Part shown: in pieces, positions 49,095-60,061 of the stretch
Position numbering within the stretch: the first letter of the stretch is position 1
Layout: each line of letters starts with the position of its first letter
Source: Acaryochloridaceae cyanobacterium VAR_48_metabat_390
GTDB lineage: Bacteria; Cyanobacteriota; Cyanobacteriia; Thermosynechococcales; Thermosynechococcaceae
DNA: 64,000 nt
Assembly: GCA_031422435.1 (NCBI GenBank)
Contig: JANPLU010000128.1
Span: 32,001 to 96,000, forward strand
Direction of reading: 5' to 3'
Notes under the pieces: model-generated
What the model saw: only the letters and a program-made list of their open reading frames with translations
Told to the model about the DNA's origin: nothing
The model's database searches: none
Position numbers and translations under genes: made by a program

Positions 49095-50442
49095 CAGCCT
49101 GAGCCTGCATCTGCTCGACAAAGTTGGTGTACACCAGCCCTGCCTGAAATTCGGCATTTGCCAAAATCTTTTGGTGAAACCCTATGGTGGTTGGAACCCC
49201 CGTAATGGCGCATTCTTGAAGGGCACGCTGCATTCGGGCGATCGCCGTGGGTCGGTCAGGTCCCCACACAATCAGCTTGCCAATCAAAGAGTCGTAATAG
49301 GGTGGAATTTCATAGTCTGGGTAGACATGGGAATCCATCCGTACCCCAGGTCCACCAGGGGGTAGGTAGGCCAAAATGCGGCCTGGGGCGGGGCGAAAGT
49401 TATGGTTAGGGTCTTCGGCGTTAATGCGGCACTCTATGGCATGTCCCCGCAGCGAAACCTGATCTTGGGTAAAGCTCAGCGGGTCGCCTTGGGCAATTTT
49501 GATTTGCTCGGCAATTAAATCTAGCCCCGTAATCATCTCCGTCACAGGATGCTCAACCTGGATGCGGGTATTCATCTCCATAAAGTAGAAATTGCCAGAG
49601 ATATCTAGCAAAAACTCAACGGTTCCAGCGCCCACATAGCCAATAGACTGGGCAGCTTTGACCGCTGCATCCCCCATTTTTTGACGCAGTTCAGGCGTTA
49701 AGGCGGCACTGGGCGCTTCTTCTAGCAGCTTTTGGTGACGGCGCTGAATCGAGCAGTCGCGCTCACCCAAATGCACCACGTTGCCGTGGCTGTCTGCCAA
49801 AATCTGAAACTCAATGTGACGGGGTTTTTCAATAAATTTTTCGAGGTACACGCCCCCATTGCCAAAGGCTGCTTCTGCTTCCCCTTGGGCAGCCAAAAAG
49901 AGCTTCACCAAATCTTCCGGCTCTCGCACCAGACGCATCCCGCGACCGCCGCCCCCAGCCGTAGCCTTCACCATCAGGGGAAAGCCAATGTGCTCGGAGA
50001 TCGCCTTTGCAACCTCTTCATCTGCGACAATGCCGTCACTACCAGGCACCGTTGGCACCCCCGCCTTCTGCATTGTTTCCTTTGCCGTAGACTTATCCCC
50101 CATGCGACGAATGGAATCGGGCGAGGGACCAATAAACTGGATTTGGTGATCGGCACAAATTTCGGCAAACTTGGCATTTTCAGCCAAAAACCCATAGCCA
50201 GGATGAATCGCCGTCGCATTGCGCGTCAGCGCCGCCGCAATAATATTGGGGATATTGAGATAGCTTTTTGCGCTGGGCGCTTCTCCAATACACACGGCTT
50301 CGTCAGCCAACTGTACATGGAGTGCAGATTGATCAACCGTAGAGTGCACGGCTACTGTCGCAATACCCAGTTCTTCACAGGTTCGGAGAATTCGGAGCGC
50401 AATTTCACCGCGATTGGCAATCAGAATTTTAGAAAAGCGCAT
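49081..50442 (-). CDS. accC: Acetyl-CoA carboxylase biotin carboxylase
   Basis: [39 protein letters not shown]. Confidence 0.97.
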   Translation of the reverse strand: MRFSKILIANRGEIALRILRTCEELGIATVAVHSTVDQSALHVQLADEAVCIGEAPSAKSYLNIPNIIAAALTRNATAIHPGYGFLAENAKFAEICADHQIQFIGPSPDSIRRMGDKSTAKETMQKAGVPTVPGSDGIVADEEVAKAISEHIGFPLMVKATAGGGGRGMRLVREPEDLVKLFLAAQGEAEAAFGNGGVYLEKFIEKPRHIEFQILADSHGNVVHLGERDCSIQRRHQKLLEEAPSAALTPELRQKMGDAAVKAAQSIGYVGAGTVEFLLDISGNFYFMEMNTRIQVEHPVTEMITGLDLIAEQIKIAQGDPLSFTQDQVSLRGHAIECRINAEDPNHNFRPAPGRILAYLPPGGPGVRMDSHVYPDYEIPPYYDSLIGKLIVWGPDRPTAIARMQRALQECAITGVPTTIGFHQKILANAEFQAGLVYTNFVEQMQAQAAKSS

Positions 50443-50564
50443 GTTTTCAGCGGGCGTAGACGCGCGAGTAGGTATTGAACCATTAGGTTCAGTCAACTGC
50501 TCATCCTATCACGTTGTCATAGACCGCCCTCACATCAATAGCAGCTACCAAAACAAACTTAAGA

Positions 50565-52508
50565 CTAGCGATTGTCAGGGAGTGGCTCTAGGGGTGGCGG
50601 CTCACCATTCTGTAACGGGGGTTCATTTCCCAGCGGGGGCGGCTCTGACCTAACCTCAGGCGGTGGTTCGCTGGCGCTTTCTGCTGGGGCATCACTGCTG
50701 CTGCTGGGAGAAGTCGACTCAGAAGGCTGCGGTGCTGGCTCACTCTCAGCCCGAATCTGACGGCGGCGCTCAGCCCAGTCCGAAATTCTAGATTGCGCTT
50801 CTCCATACACTGCACGGTTAGACCCAATATCAGAAGCACGGGCGATCGCCTCTGATAGTCGCCCTTCACTGGCGAGCGCATCGGCTTCGTTAAGAATAGG
50901 GCGATCTTCTGCGGCCTGAGTCTGAGCAATCCACTCACCCACACGGGCTTGAGCATCTTGATAAAGCGATCGATTTGACCCAATTTTGTCAGCCGTCTGA
51001 ATCGCAGCCGTGAGGTCGCCTTTTTTGGCAAGGGCGATCGCCTGATCTAAGATGGGCTGATCTTCAATCCGTTGAATCGCGTTTCCCCACTGAGCGACCA
51101 AGGTTTGAGCGGCATCTCGTAGTGGTTGGCCTGACAAGATCTTACCCGCCTCTGTTATCGCACTCTGAAGGCTAGCAATGGTGTTGTCCACTGCCATCTG
51201 CTGAGCACGAGCCATAAACTGACGATCTTGAAGCGAACCAACCTGCTTTGTCCAAGAAGCAATTAAGGTTTGAGCCTCTACACGACGGGGCTGCCCCGAG
51301 CGAACCATCGCAGCCTGCTCCGTCGCCAGTTTGTAGCCTGAAACCTGGTCTACCCCTGCAAACCATTTGGCGATCGTCAATTGCCCCCACGCCTGAATTT
51401 GCCCTTCCCACCTCTGACGCTGCGCTTTAGTCGAATCATAGACAGGCGTATTGGCATCAATTTGGGCAGCAAAAGCATGAGCCTGAATCGCAGACCACAG
51501 CGTCTCATCCTTCGCTGCCGTCCCTGCACGACCTAACTGAAGGTAAGAAGCAGCAACATTGGCAACTTTCGCGGTCGGCGGCACCTTCTGTGCCGCATTT
51601 ACCATCTGTGCATAGTCGCCATTCGCTTGAGCAGACTTAGCAATGGCAACGAGTTTTTCACTCCATTCATCAATTTTTTCACCCACACGCTTACGCGCCA
51701 AACGCTTTGGGTCAATTTTGCTTGCGGCCTGAATTGCCTTAGCAAAATCATCGGGACTTCCATAATCTGCAATGGCCTGTGCTGAAGCAATTTTATAAAA
51801 CGCCTCTTGCTCAACGGACATTTCTTTGACAATTTTGTCTGCTTGCCCCTGCCAGAAGCTGCTGCCAAGCTGCATCAAATCGCGGACTTGCTCCATTGCT
51901 AGGCCCCAATTTTGATCCTGAATGGCTGTTTTCGCTTTCTTAAACGTTGCGTCCCCTTTTTGCCAGTTGCCCTGCCAATCTTGAATCATGGCCTGAGCAT
52001 CTGCATGAACGCCGCTGGTTTTAGGCACTTTTTGAGCTAAAGCAATTCCCTTTTTGAGATCTCCCGCTTCTACTTTTTTACGAGCTAACACCAAAATAGA
52101 CTCAGACCAATGATCTGAGAGCTGTCTAGACTGCTCAAATAAGGGGTCGGATTCTGTAATAGAGCCAGCCAATTGCAGTGCGGCGGAGAGGGAAGCTTCA
52201 TCCCCTTTTCGGGCCGACTGATCGGCACAGTAGAGCTGTCCAGAATCTGACAGCGTTGCTTTGAAAAGCTTACGGCAGCTTGGAGTCGGCGGCAAACCCG
52301 TCAGCCACTGAAAGGCGATCGCTCCAGTCAGGGTCGAGGTGGCCAACACAACAAGCCAAAATAAACCCTGAGAGCGTTTGTAGGGGAACCGCTCCCAAGC
52401 TTCCTGCATTGGCGTAAAAATCGTCTTTTTAGGTTCGGGCGCAGCACCCACTTCAGCCTCTATTTTTGGCTCCGAAGCAGGAGCCGACGAAGGTTCATTC
52501 GTGGACAT
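50565..52508 (-). CDS. Conserved membrane-anchored alpha-helical repeat protein
   Basis: TM, then LPPTPSC..LYCA and repeated AI..A..I......Y..AQ..I..W units. Confidence 0.75.
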   Translation of the reverse strand: MSTNEPSSAPASEPKIEAEVGAAPEPKKTIFTPMQEAWERFPYKRSQGLFWLVVLATSTLTGAIAFQWLTGLPPTPSCRKLFKATLSDSGQLYCADQSARKGDEASLSAALQLAGSITESDPLFEQSRQLSDHWSESILVLARKKVEAGDLKKGIALAQKVPKTSGVHADAQAMIQDWQGNWQKGDATFKKAKTAIQDQNWGLAMEQVRDLMQLGSSFWQGQADKIVKEMSVEQEAFYKIASAQAIADYGSPDDFAKAIQAASKIDPKRLARKRVGEKIDEWSEKLVAIAKSAQANGDYAQMVNAAQKVPPTAKVANVAASYLQLGRAGTAAKDETLWSAIQAHAFAAQIDANTPVYDSTKAQRQRWEGQIQAWGQLTIAKWFAGVDQVSGYKLATEQAAMVRSGQPRRVEAQTLIASWTKQVGSLQDRQFMARAQQMAVDNTIASLQSAITEAGKILSGQPLRDAAQTLVAQWGNAIQRIEDQPILDQAIALAKKGDLTAAIQTADKIGSNRSLYQDAQARVGEWIAQTQAAEDRPILNEADALASEGRLSEAIARASDIGSNRAVYGEAQSRISDWAERRRQIRAESEPAPQPSESTSPSSSSDAPAESASEPPPEVRSEPPPLGNEPPLQNGEPPPLEPLPDNR

Positions 52509-52613
52509 CAGAGAAATCTAAAGAATAAACAAGACTAAAACCCATCTAAAGACAGATTGTTAGATTTTATCTTAGGGCTTTGGGTCTCTAATCACAAATC
52601 TTGGGCAATTCAT

Positions 52614-52659
52614 ACAAAGAAGGTGTGTAATGCAAATTGACATTACACACCTTCTTTGT
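52614..52659 (-). terminator. Hairpin after rplT
   Basis: 19-bp perfect stem ACAAAGAAGGTGTGTAATG/CATTACACACCTTCTTTGT. Confidence 0.75.
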
Positions 52660-52709
52660 GTAGATATTTAAGCTTTGAATCGCTAAGCACCCCAAAAACA
52701 AAGGATTAA

Positions 52710-53069
52710 CTAAGCTTTTGCTGCCTGAGCCGCAATCTCTAAAACAGAGGTAAATCCATCGGGATCTAAGACCGCAAGCTGAGCCAACATTTTACGATTG
52801 AGTAAAACATCAGCTTTTTTGAGATTACCAATAAGCTGGCTGTAGCTCATTCCATGCAGACGAGAGGCCGCATTAATCCGAGCAATCCACAGGCGGCGGA
52901 AATCGCGCTTGCGCTTACGACGGTCACGATAGGCATTTCGCAGCGCCTTCATGACCTGCTGGTTAGCAGTACGGAACAAACGAGAGTGTGACCCTCGGAA
53001 GCCTTTAGCTAACTTAAGAATTTTTTTGCGGCGCTTGCGAGCGACGTTACCGCGTTTGACCCGTGTCAT
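52710..53069 (-). CDS. rplT: 50S ribosomal protein L20
   Basis: [20 protein letters not shown]. Confidence 0.98.
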   Translation of the reverse strand: MTRVKRGNVARKRRKKILKLAKGFRGSHSRLFRTANQQVMKALRNAYRDRRKRKRDFRRLWIARINAASRLHGMSYSQLIGNLKKADVLLNRKMLAQLAVLDPDGFTSVLEIAAQAAKA

Positions 53070-53127
53070 GTCTTCGTCCTTGTTTCCAGTGTTGTTACTC
53101 TATGCGCAAAGGTAGTGCGCTCAAAAA

Positions 53128-53325
53128 TTAGGCGTAGGGCATCATAAGACTGACGTTACCAGCATCTCGCTCATCTACTACAGCCATATGAGACAGCCGA
53201 GTTTTTTGAGACGTTGTCTTATGTTCTAAGATGTGGTTTTTACCGGCCTTGCGACGCATAAACTTTCCGCTACCACTGCGCTTGAATCGCTTTGCGGCGG
53301 AGCGTCGCGTTTTTAACTTGGGCAT
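53128..53325 (-). CDS. rpmI: 50S ribosomal protein L35
   Basis: MPKLKT..AAKRF; upstream of rplT. Confidence 0.97.
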   Translation of the reverse strand: MPKLKTRRSAAKRFKRSGSGKFMRRKAGKNHILEHKTTSQKTRLSHMAVVDERDAGNVSLMMPYA

Positions 53326-53422
53326 GGTGTTCCTAGATATTAAACACAGTCTTTAACTATATGCTGTTATTAGTCTCAAACGCAAGCTTTTATTTTATTT
53401 TGCTCCAAATGCCGTCCACGCC

Positions 53423-54541
53423 TTAATTCCGAATCTGGATAGGCATGATGAGATAGGTGACTTTTTGTCCAGAGACTGGGGACAAAATGGCGGGCATGGT
53501 TTCGGCGTTTAGCTGCATTTGAATTTCGCTGCTATGAACGGCTTTCAGCCCATCACTGAGATACTTGACGTTAAACGCAATTTCAATAGACTTTCCAGAA
53601 ATCTGTGCCGGAATGGATTCTTCGCCACTGCCAAATTCTGGCGCTTCAGCAGACAAAAATAAACTCTGTTTCTCTTGATCAAGGCGCAGGCGAATAATGT
53701 TGTTTTTGCGCGCTGCCAGTACGGCAATGCGGTCTACACCACTTAAAAAAGCCTGCCGATCTACCGCCATCTGCCGCTCGAAGGTGCTAGGCACAAGCTG
53801 GTTATAGGCAGGGTACTGACCATCTAGCAGACGGCAGCTTAGGCGCTCAATGCCCTGCTCAGACTTCAGCTCAAACACAATCTGGGTTTTATCGGAGCGC
53901 ACTTCTACCATTGCGACGGTGCGCCCTAGCATTCGCTCTAGCTCTCGGAGCGCCCGTGCTGGGACGGTGACGTCGATATGGTCTGCATTACTCGAGTCTG
54001 GGAACTGGGCGATCGCCAGTCGATGTCCGTCTGTGGTTGCCATTTCTAGCCCTTCAGCAGAGGAGCTAATATGTAGCCCCGTCAAAACCTGCTTACTTTC
54101 ATCTGTGCTAGATGCAAACAGCGTGGACTGAAGCCCATCCGTCAAAACTGCTGTATCTAGAAGCAGCGGCTCAATTTCGGCCAACGTGGGCAACTCAGGA
54201 AACTCATCGGCAGAAAGCCCCTGCATTTGGTAGCGCCCTGAACCGCAAGACAGCGAAACAGCAAGTTCTTCCGTCTCAAGGCGAACCTCTTGGTTGGGGA
54301 GCCGAGACACAATTTCACTAAACAAGCGCGCAGGCAGTGTCAAAGATCCGGTCGCTTCAACTGTTGCAGGGATCCACACCTGCATCCCAATGCTTAAGTC
54401 AAAAACTGATAGTCCGAGGCGGTCTGGCTCTGCAATGAGCAGCACATTTGCAAGAACGGGATGAGTCGGGTTGGTCGGAACAATTCTGCTTATTAAAGAA
54501 AGTTTGGAACTCAAGTCACTCTGGGAACAAACTAACTTCAT
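53423..54541 (-). CDS. dnaN: DNA polymerase III beta clamp
   Basis: HPVLANV, TTDGHRL, IAFNVKYL, YLIMPIQ. Confidence 0.96.
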   Translation of the reverse strand: MKLVCSQSDLSSKLSLISRIVPTNPTHPVLANVLLIAEPDRLGLSVFDLSIGMQVWIPATVEATGSLTLPARLFSEIVSRLPNQEVRLETEELAVSLSCGSGRYQMQGLSADEFPELPTLAEIEPLLLDTAVLTDGLQSTLFASSTDESKQVLTGLHISSSAEGLEMATTDGHRLAIAQFPDSSNADHIDVTVPARALRELERMLGRTVAMVEVRSDKTQIVFELKSEQGIERLSCRLLDGQYPAYNQLVPSTFERQMAVDRQAFLSGVDRIAVLAARKNNIIRLRLDQEKQSLFLSAEAPEFGSGEESIPAQISGKSIEIAFNVKYLSDGLKAVHSSEIQMQLNAETMPAILSPVSGQKVTYLIMPIQIRN

Positions 54542-54689
54542 ACTGCCGCTGCTTAAAATCTGCTTTTAAAAAATGGACTGCTTGACAAAGGTGGAATGCA
54601 ACTGAACCGAATTTGTAGCGACCAACATCCTACCACCCTTTTTTCAAATTCCGAGAAGGGCATTTTCTACAAATCACTTTTGCTCTAAA

Positions 54690-54935
54690 CGATTCCTATT
54701 CTTTTTAAAATTTAAAACTAGTAGCTATAGTAGGGGCTGTGGAAACTGTGGATAACTTTTTAAAAGCCTTGCTCAGCAAGCGTTAAAGGCACTTACCCCC
54801 TGTGGATAACTTGTGGATAACTTTGCCGAGTTATCCACAGCCTGTGGAAAGATAAAAAGTATTCCACAGGCAAGCCGAGTTATCCACAGGTTTATCCACA
54901 GGTTTATCCACAGAAAACGGGTAGTTATCCACAGG
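54690..54935. other. Probable chromosomal replication origin (oriC)
   Basis: Eight perfect DnaA boxes TTATCCACA/TGTGGATAA (54747, 54801, 54812, 54831, 54880, 54892, 54904, 54925), three near-matches, and an AT-rich tract with TAG trios next to the first boxes; directly upstream of dnaN. Confidence 0.9.
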
Positions 54936-55191
54936 CTGAAATGAGGTTTACGTTTCTTCATATAAAAATTTATTTTTCTCAGAAATAAGGCTGAATTGCT
55001 TGTAGGGTATACGTCTTACGTTTTGATTTGTCAAACATAAGAAATTTGTATGTTTGACTTTCTAAGCACTCTTAAATGCTCACAACTCCCTGTGTAAATC
55101 ATTTTTTGCTGATTTGGGGCAGGCTCAGATTTGCGATGATTGGCGATCCTAACTATGATGCAGATAAGAGTTCTAAGTTTTGTAAAGTTGC

Positions 55192-55824
55192 TTGAATAAG
55201 AATGCCTTGAAAATAGAAGCAGATTTTCCGCAGGATGGCTTGTCTTGTATACGAGACTGGCAGCGTCTAGAGATGAGCTGGTTTGGCGATCAGGAGACGC
55301 TACTTCATGGCGTACCTCGCCATTTGCTGACGCCACCCTGGCAGGTTTTAGTATTAGGCGATGGTTCTACTACCCGTCATCTTCAGCTTTTAACAGGAGA
55401 ATCTATTGCTGTTGATGTGGTGGATATGTCCTTAATTGGAATGCACGCTGACCACGCACCGGATTTGATTCAGGCTGTGCCTGGCCCACGCTTAAGGCGA
55501 CAGGTTTGGCTAAAAACGGCATCGGGTCAGCGTTTGGCCTATGCAACATCTTGGTGGGAGGCGAGCCATGTGGATGAGTATTTACACAATCGTTCTATCC
55601 CGATATGGTCGAGCTTAGCGAACCTGCGGATGGAGCTGTATCGAGATATCCGAGAGGCTTTTCTGGGGCACTCGGAGGCGCTGGAAATTGCCTTTGGATG
55701 CCCTGGTCCATTTTGGGGGCGCTACTACCTGTTTTGGCATAATGGCAAGCCGCTGACGCTGATCTATGAGGTGTTTTCCTCTTGTCTTAAAACCTATTTA
55801 GGCTCATCTTGCCCAGAGCTTTAG
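55192..55824 (+). CDS. Chorismate lyase-like protein (Ycf21/DUF98)
   Basis: LGDGSTTRHL, RRQVWL, LAYATSWW, LTLIYEVFS. Confidence 0.85.
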   Translation: MNKNALKIEADFPQDGLSCIRDWQRLEMSWFGDQETLLHGVPRHLLTPPWQVLVLGDGSTTRHLQLLTGESIAVDVVDMSLIGMHADHAPDLIQAVPGPRLRRQVWLKTASGQRLAYATSWWEASHVDEYLHNRSIPIWSSLANLRMELYRDIREAFLGHSEALEIAFGCPGPFWGRYYLFWHNGKPLTLIYEVFSSCLKTYLGSSCPEL

Positions 55825-55878
55825 TGGGTCGTGTGAGGTAGGCCGATTGGTCTTCTACACTTCTCAAAAAGTGATTTA

Positions 55879-55921
55879 AAACAGTTAACCCGTCAGATGA
55901 TGTCTGACGGGTTAACTGTTT
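55879..55921. terminator. Bidirectional terminator between convergent genes
   Basis: AAACAGTTAACCCGTCAGA-TGATG-TCTGACGGGTTAACTGTTT. Confidence 0.85.
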
Positions 55922-55940
55922 GAGAGAAATTGAAATTAAA

Positions 55941-56390
55941 TTAAGCGCTTTTAATGGTTTTAGCCATGTCTAGGTAAGACTTCATGTTGGCTCCAGGACG
56001 ACGGCGCGACCCGAAGACGGTGTAATTGCTAGCAGGGGTTGGTGCAGGTGTATTGCTAACGGTAACTGTAGACTGTGGGAGGTTAAGCGCGGCGGCAGTT
56101 GCGGCGGGAGCAGCAGCGGCAGGAGCTGGCTTTGTTTTAGCCGCCTTCGTTGTAGCTTTAGCGGCAGGTGCAGACGCTGGCGCTGGCGTTGAAACACCTT
56201 GGGCATCTTCTGCTTCGAGAAAGAAGGCTCCGCTCTTTTTCTTCTGTTTGGCTGGTGCTGCTGCTGCATCTGGATCTTTTTTGGAGGACAGAAGCTTTAG
56301 CGGCAGTGTAATCAGGGTGATGGGCAGCTTAAGGATTGTGACGAAAATTCCAAAAATGGAGGCAAAAAGTTTTTTAATAGAGCCGATCAT
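55941..56390 (-). CDS. Conserved cyanobacterial hypothetical protein
   Basis: FFLE..DA motif, Ala/Pro linker, C-terminal RRRPGANM..YLDMAK. Confidence 0.75.
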   Translation of the reverse strand: MIGSIKKLFASIFGIFVTILKLPITLITLPLKLLSSKKDPDAAAAPAKQKKKSGAFFLEAEDAQGVSTPAPASAPAAKATTKAAKTKPAPAAAAPAATAAALNLPQSTVTVSNTPAPTPASNYTVFGSRRRPGANMKSYLDMAKTIKSA

Positions 56391-56724
56391 GAAAAGTTCT
56401 CCTGAGCCGTGCAGTGTTATGCCGATGAAAATCGTGGATCTTTAATGAAGGTAAGTAATGGCGGGCTAGGCAATATCATCAGCCCAAACAAAAGCCGTAA
56501 CCTGACAGACAGCGAGGTTATTGAGTCTAGGCTCAGATAGCGGCAGCGTCACTAAAATTATCAGGGCTTGATGTACATCCTGAAAAGCTAAACGTTTCGT
56601 TTCGTAACAAAGCCTCAGTTTTTGGGGTGTTTAGAGTCGTAATGTTTTGCTCAACTGACAACCCACCCCGCCCTTCGGGCACCCCTCCCAGGAGGGGATT
56701 TTTTCGTACTTGTGTGTACAGCCT

Positions 56725-57375
56725 CTAAGGGCGAATCGCTTCAATTCGTCGAAAGTCACCTTCGATTTCTGTCCATAAGGATTTATTGTGTGGGTCTGTT
56801 TTGAGCGCCTTTTTGAGATAGGCACGAGCCTGGGTCAGTTTTCGGTCTTCGATGAGTTGGCGACCCCAGCGCTGGTAGATAATTGCCTGCCACTGACGGA
56901 TTTCGGGGTCATTGGGGAGGCGCGCTTGCAGAGCCTCGATGATGGCGATCGCCCTTGGTAAGCTCCTGCGCTTAATGAGATCTTCGAGCTGACGGTAGGT
57001 TTCAAGCTTCAGCTTTTGGTCGGCAAAGGATAACTCTTGGGGAAGGGGTGCAGCAGATTCGGGTTGAGAATGAGTTGGGGTCTGAGGTACTTGAGCCGAT
57101 GGGGCGGCTGTTTTGACTGAAATTTTAATGTCTGGAACTGGGCTGGGCTGTGGCGTGGGTCTAACTGAAGTTGACACGGGACGAGCGGCGGCAATTTTGC
57201 CTAACACTTTATAGGCTTCAGTAATGCGAATGAAGTGATCGTGGGCTTTGGTATTGTTGGGGTTTACGTCAGGGTGAAGCCGACGGGCTAAGCGTCGATA
57301 GGAGGATTTAATATCTTCTAAACTGGCGGCTGAGGTGAGTTCTAGGAGCCGATAACACTCAATAATATCCATCAA
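56725..57375 (-). CDS. DnaJ-domain / TPR protein
   Basis: J-domain YRRLARRLHPD; C-terminal TPR-like helices. Confidence 0.88.
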   Translation of the reverse strand: MMDIIECYRLLELTSAASLEDIKSSYRRLARRLHPDVNPNNTKAHDHFIRITEAYKVLGKIAAARPVSTSVRPTPQPSPVPDIKISVKTAAPSAQVPQTPTHSQPESAAPLPQELSFADQKLKLETYRQLEDLIKRRSLPRAIAIIEALQARLPNDPEIRQWQAIIYQRWGRQLIEDRKLTQARAYLKKALKTDPHNKSLWTEIEGDFRRIEAIRP

Positions 57376-57627
57376 ATTTTGAAGCCTATGAAAGCCAGCG
57401 TGTTTATATCCCTTGGTTTTAGAGTGGTCAATCTCAATCGGTTTCTTTCACGAAAGGTCAGAAATCTCTATGCTGCCAGTCTGTCTGCACTACATTAACA
57501 TCTGTACTGTGGGGTCACAATTCAATGTAGGGCAACACGAGAAAGAGGCAACTTCAACTCATAAAGCTGCGTCTTTGAGAACATTGAGTGAAACATTCCG
57601 GCTTTTATGCACAAGCGATAAAGAAAA

Positions 57628-58467
57628 ATGTTGAGAGTTTGGTCTACTATGCCGCTGATGGCGTTGGGGGGAAGTGTGATGATCGCCGCGTCCCAAACGT
57701 TGGCGCTTTCTCTACCTGCGATCGCCCAGTTCCCAACCTTGGAAACATCTGCGCCGAATCAAGTGGATGCCGCTTTTCCTGAGTCGATTGGCAGCGCGGT
57801 GATGCAGGCCGCTGCTACTCAGTCTGGTTTACCGCTAGAGCAGCTAACGCTTTTTCAGGCAAAGCCTAAAACTTGGTCAGATGGATGTTTAGGCTTTGCA
57901 CCGCCAGACCAACTGTGTACCGCCGCTCTGGTTAGGGGTTGGGAAGTGATGGTGACGCACGAGCGCCAGGAATGGGTGTATCGCACCAGCGCAACGGGAC
58001 AAAAAATCATGTTAGATCCAGCAGGTGGTCGATTAAGTCGCTTAATCGTGCCTCCCGCTGAGCAGATTCCGGCGAGTCAACTGCCGCCCAAGGTAGATCG
58101 ATCTGTGGTGTTTCGAGAAATTAAGACGGATAGCTTTGCTGGCATTACCCAAGAAACCAGGCTGTATAAAGATGGACGTTTAGTGAAGCATCCGCTCTCT
58201 AAAGCGCCAAAGCCATCGGAAGGCGAACTGATTCGCACGCTCCCGAAGGCAGAAGTTAAGACATTTGTGAAGTTATTAGAAACTCGTCATTTTGGTCAAT
58301 TTGGTGGGCTACGCTATCCGGCTCCCAGTGGCTCAGCGGATTATTTCACCATTACCCTCGGCAACTGGCAGACCACGGTTCAATATACGGATATAAGTAT
58401 GAAGAAACTACCGCCTGATTTAGAGAAAATACGAGAGGCTTGGCGATCGTTGGTTTCACCTGAATGA
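57628..58467 (+). CDS. Hypothetical exported protein
   Basis: Signal-like N-terminus; TWSDGCLG..CTAALV.GW motif; GSADYFT C-terminal domain. Confidence 0.7.
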   Translation: MLRVWSTMPLMALGGSVMIAASQTLALSLPAIAQFPTLETSAPNQVDAAFPESIGSAVMQAAATQSGLPLEQLTLFQAKPKTWSDGCLGFAPPDQLCTAALVRGWEVMVTHERQEWVYRTSATGQKIMLDPAGGRLSRLIVPPAEQIPASQLPPKVDRSVVFREIKTDSFAGITQETRLYKDGRLVKHPLSKAPKPSEGELIRTLPKAEVKTFVKLLETRHFGQFGGLRYPAPSGSADYFTITLGNWQTTVQYTDISMKKLPPDLEKIREAWRSLVSPE

Positions 58468-58488
58468 ATTGAGTCTGTGCGCACGTAG

Positions 58489-59725
58489 CAGGGCTGTTTC
58501 ATTCACTTGAAAGACTTACTGTGCATCATTCCCTGTGCATTTGAACATAGGGTTATATCATCTTAAACAAGGATTTTAATTTGTCTAAGGTAAAACTAGC
58601 TAAGCGTTGAGCTTGAGCCATGTTTTCAGAACCGCTTTCCCGATACAAATTCAGCGCGAGATTACGGGCAATTGCCCAAGATTGAATCAAAGGCGAGGTT
58701 CGAATTCGCGAGGCATCTTCGCCTTGTGTCACATCTCGAACATGATGCACCTTATTTTCGACTCCCCAATATCCGCGAATTCGCTCAGCAATTGCTTTTA
58801 CCAGCTCCCCAAAGGAAGCAACATAGTAACGAGTTTCTATAGAGCTTTCAATGATATTGGCTCGATAGATTTGGCGTTGGGAGACGACTCGAATTATGGT
58901 GTGCAACCCTGGAAATGCCGGAATACCAGCTAAGTCATGACTAATACTGATTGTCCTTTTTTCAATACGTCCATGTCCTTTATTCATTTGTTTTATGGTC
59001 TCTTGAGCTTTGAAGTTAGCCTTAACTCCTTTAAGCAATCCAGATTGATTTCCCTTGAGTGCTCCTAGATAATCATTGCCACTATCTATGATTGTCTGAG
59101 CTATTTTTTTGGGTGCTGATTGCATCAAAAGCAAACACAACTCCCTTGAGAGCCAACTGTTCAATAAATGCAGGAAGTGCGGTAATCTCGTTCGTTTTTG
59201 AGTCAACCTCATACGGTTCGAGAATCAGGCCTCGTTCGACAATATAAGCACTGACAAGCATGATTGCTGGATGTGAGTCTACCCTTGGGTCATCACTGAT
59301 GGCTTCGTAGGATCCCCGTAGCACTTTTCCGTCAGCCGCAATTGTTTCTCTAGGCAAGGGCTTAATCTCGAAAAACCGAGATAAACACCCTCCATACAAG
59401 CCATACTCTATCCTCAGCAGGGTACGTCTAATTGTGCTGTAGGATGGCAAACGGCCTTTGGGAGGGTTAAACAAAATAACTAACTGAGCATGATATGCCT
59501 TTAACCAATCACCAATGGCGAGGAATCCACGATTGCCTGCGGCTACGGCGAGGGTGAATAGGGCTAAGCATAACGCTTGAGTGTGTCGTCGCCCTTTAAC
59601 ACGACGGATATCAGGCAGATCGCGAAAGGCTTCAACAATAGCAATTTCAGACATTCGGATGACCTAACATGATTGGGGCTAACTCCCCACCATATCAATG
59701 ACTCCATAAGAATGAAACAGCCCTG
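58489..59725 (-). mobile_element. Complete ISAs1-family insertion sequence (1237 bp)
   Basis: Perfect 16-bp TIRs CAGGGCTGTTTCATTC / GAATGAAACAGCCCTG; 10-bp target duplication GCGCACGTAG at 58479-88 and 59726-35. Confidence 0.95.
58553..59654 (-). CDS. ISAs1 transposase in two overlapping frames (-1 shift at an A7 run)
   Basis: ORF1 has PSYSTIRR, ADGKVLRG, KTNEI, AFDA; ORF2 has LKGNQ, HGRIEKR, YWGVENKVH..RD; junction ACC CAA AAA AAT at 59104-59110. Confidence 0.88.
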
Positions 59726-60061
59726 GCGCACGTAGACATTGCCTAAAAAAATTAGCAAGGATTATATGCTGTTCTCTGTGGGTGATGTGACGTATGTTGA
59801 CAACCCGATTATGATTGAAGTGTTGACAACAGTAGCCAACATTCTTGTTGACAATACTAAAAAATCAATCATGATGGTGTTCTGACCGTTTTGAAAGGTT
59901 TTCTCTAGGTGTAAGCACTTGGAATTAAGAAGGATAATAGACTGCTAAAAATCTGCACGAAAATCTCAACTCTAACAAGGTTTCAGATGCTTACCAGGAT
60001 TGCTAAGGTCATGCTAAGAAAAACTATGCAGACTAAGAGATAACAAAAAAAGGACTCAGTT

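Noticed and set aside
54738..54933. Repeated 9-mers as CRISPR or iterons, and the 62-aa ORF 54773-54961
   Set aside because: They are DnaA boxes; the ORF (LWIT/LWIN repeats) is a translation artefact of those boxes.
56450..56560. Possible structured ncRNA upstream of the 55941-56390 gene
   Set aside because: Some pairing potential, but I could not match it to any RNA family by eye; an Rfam search is needed.
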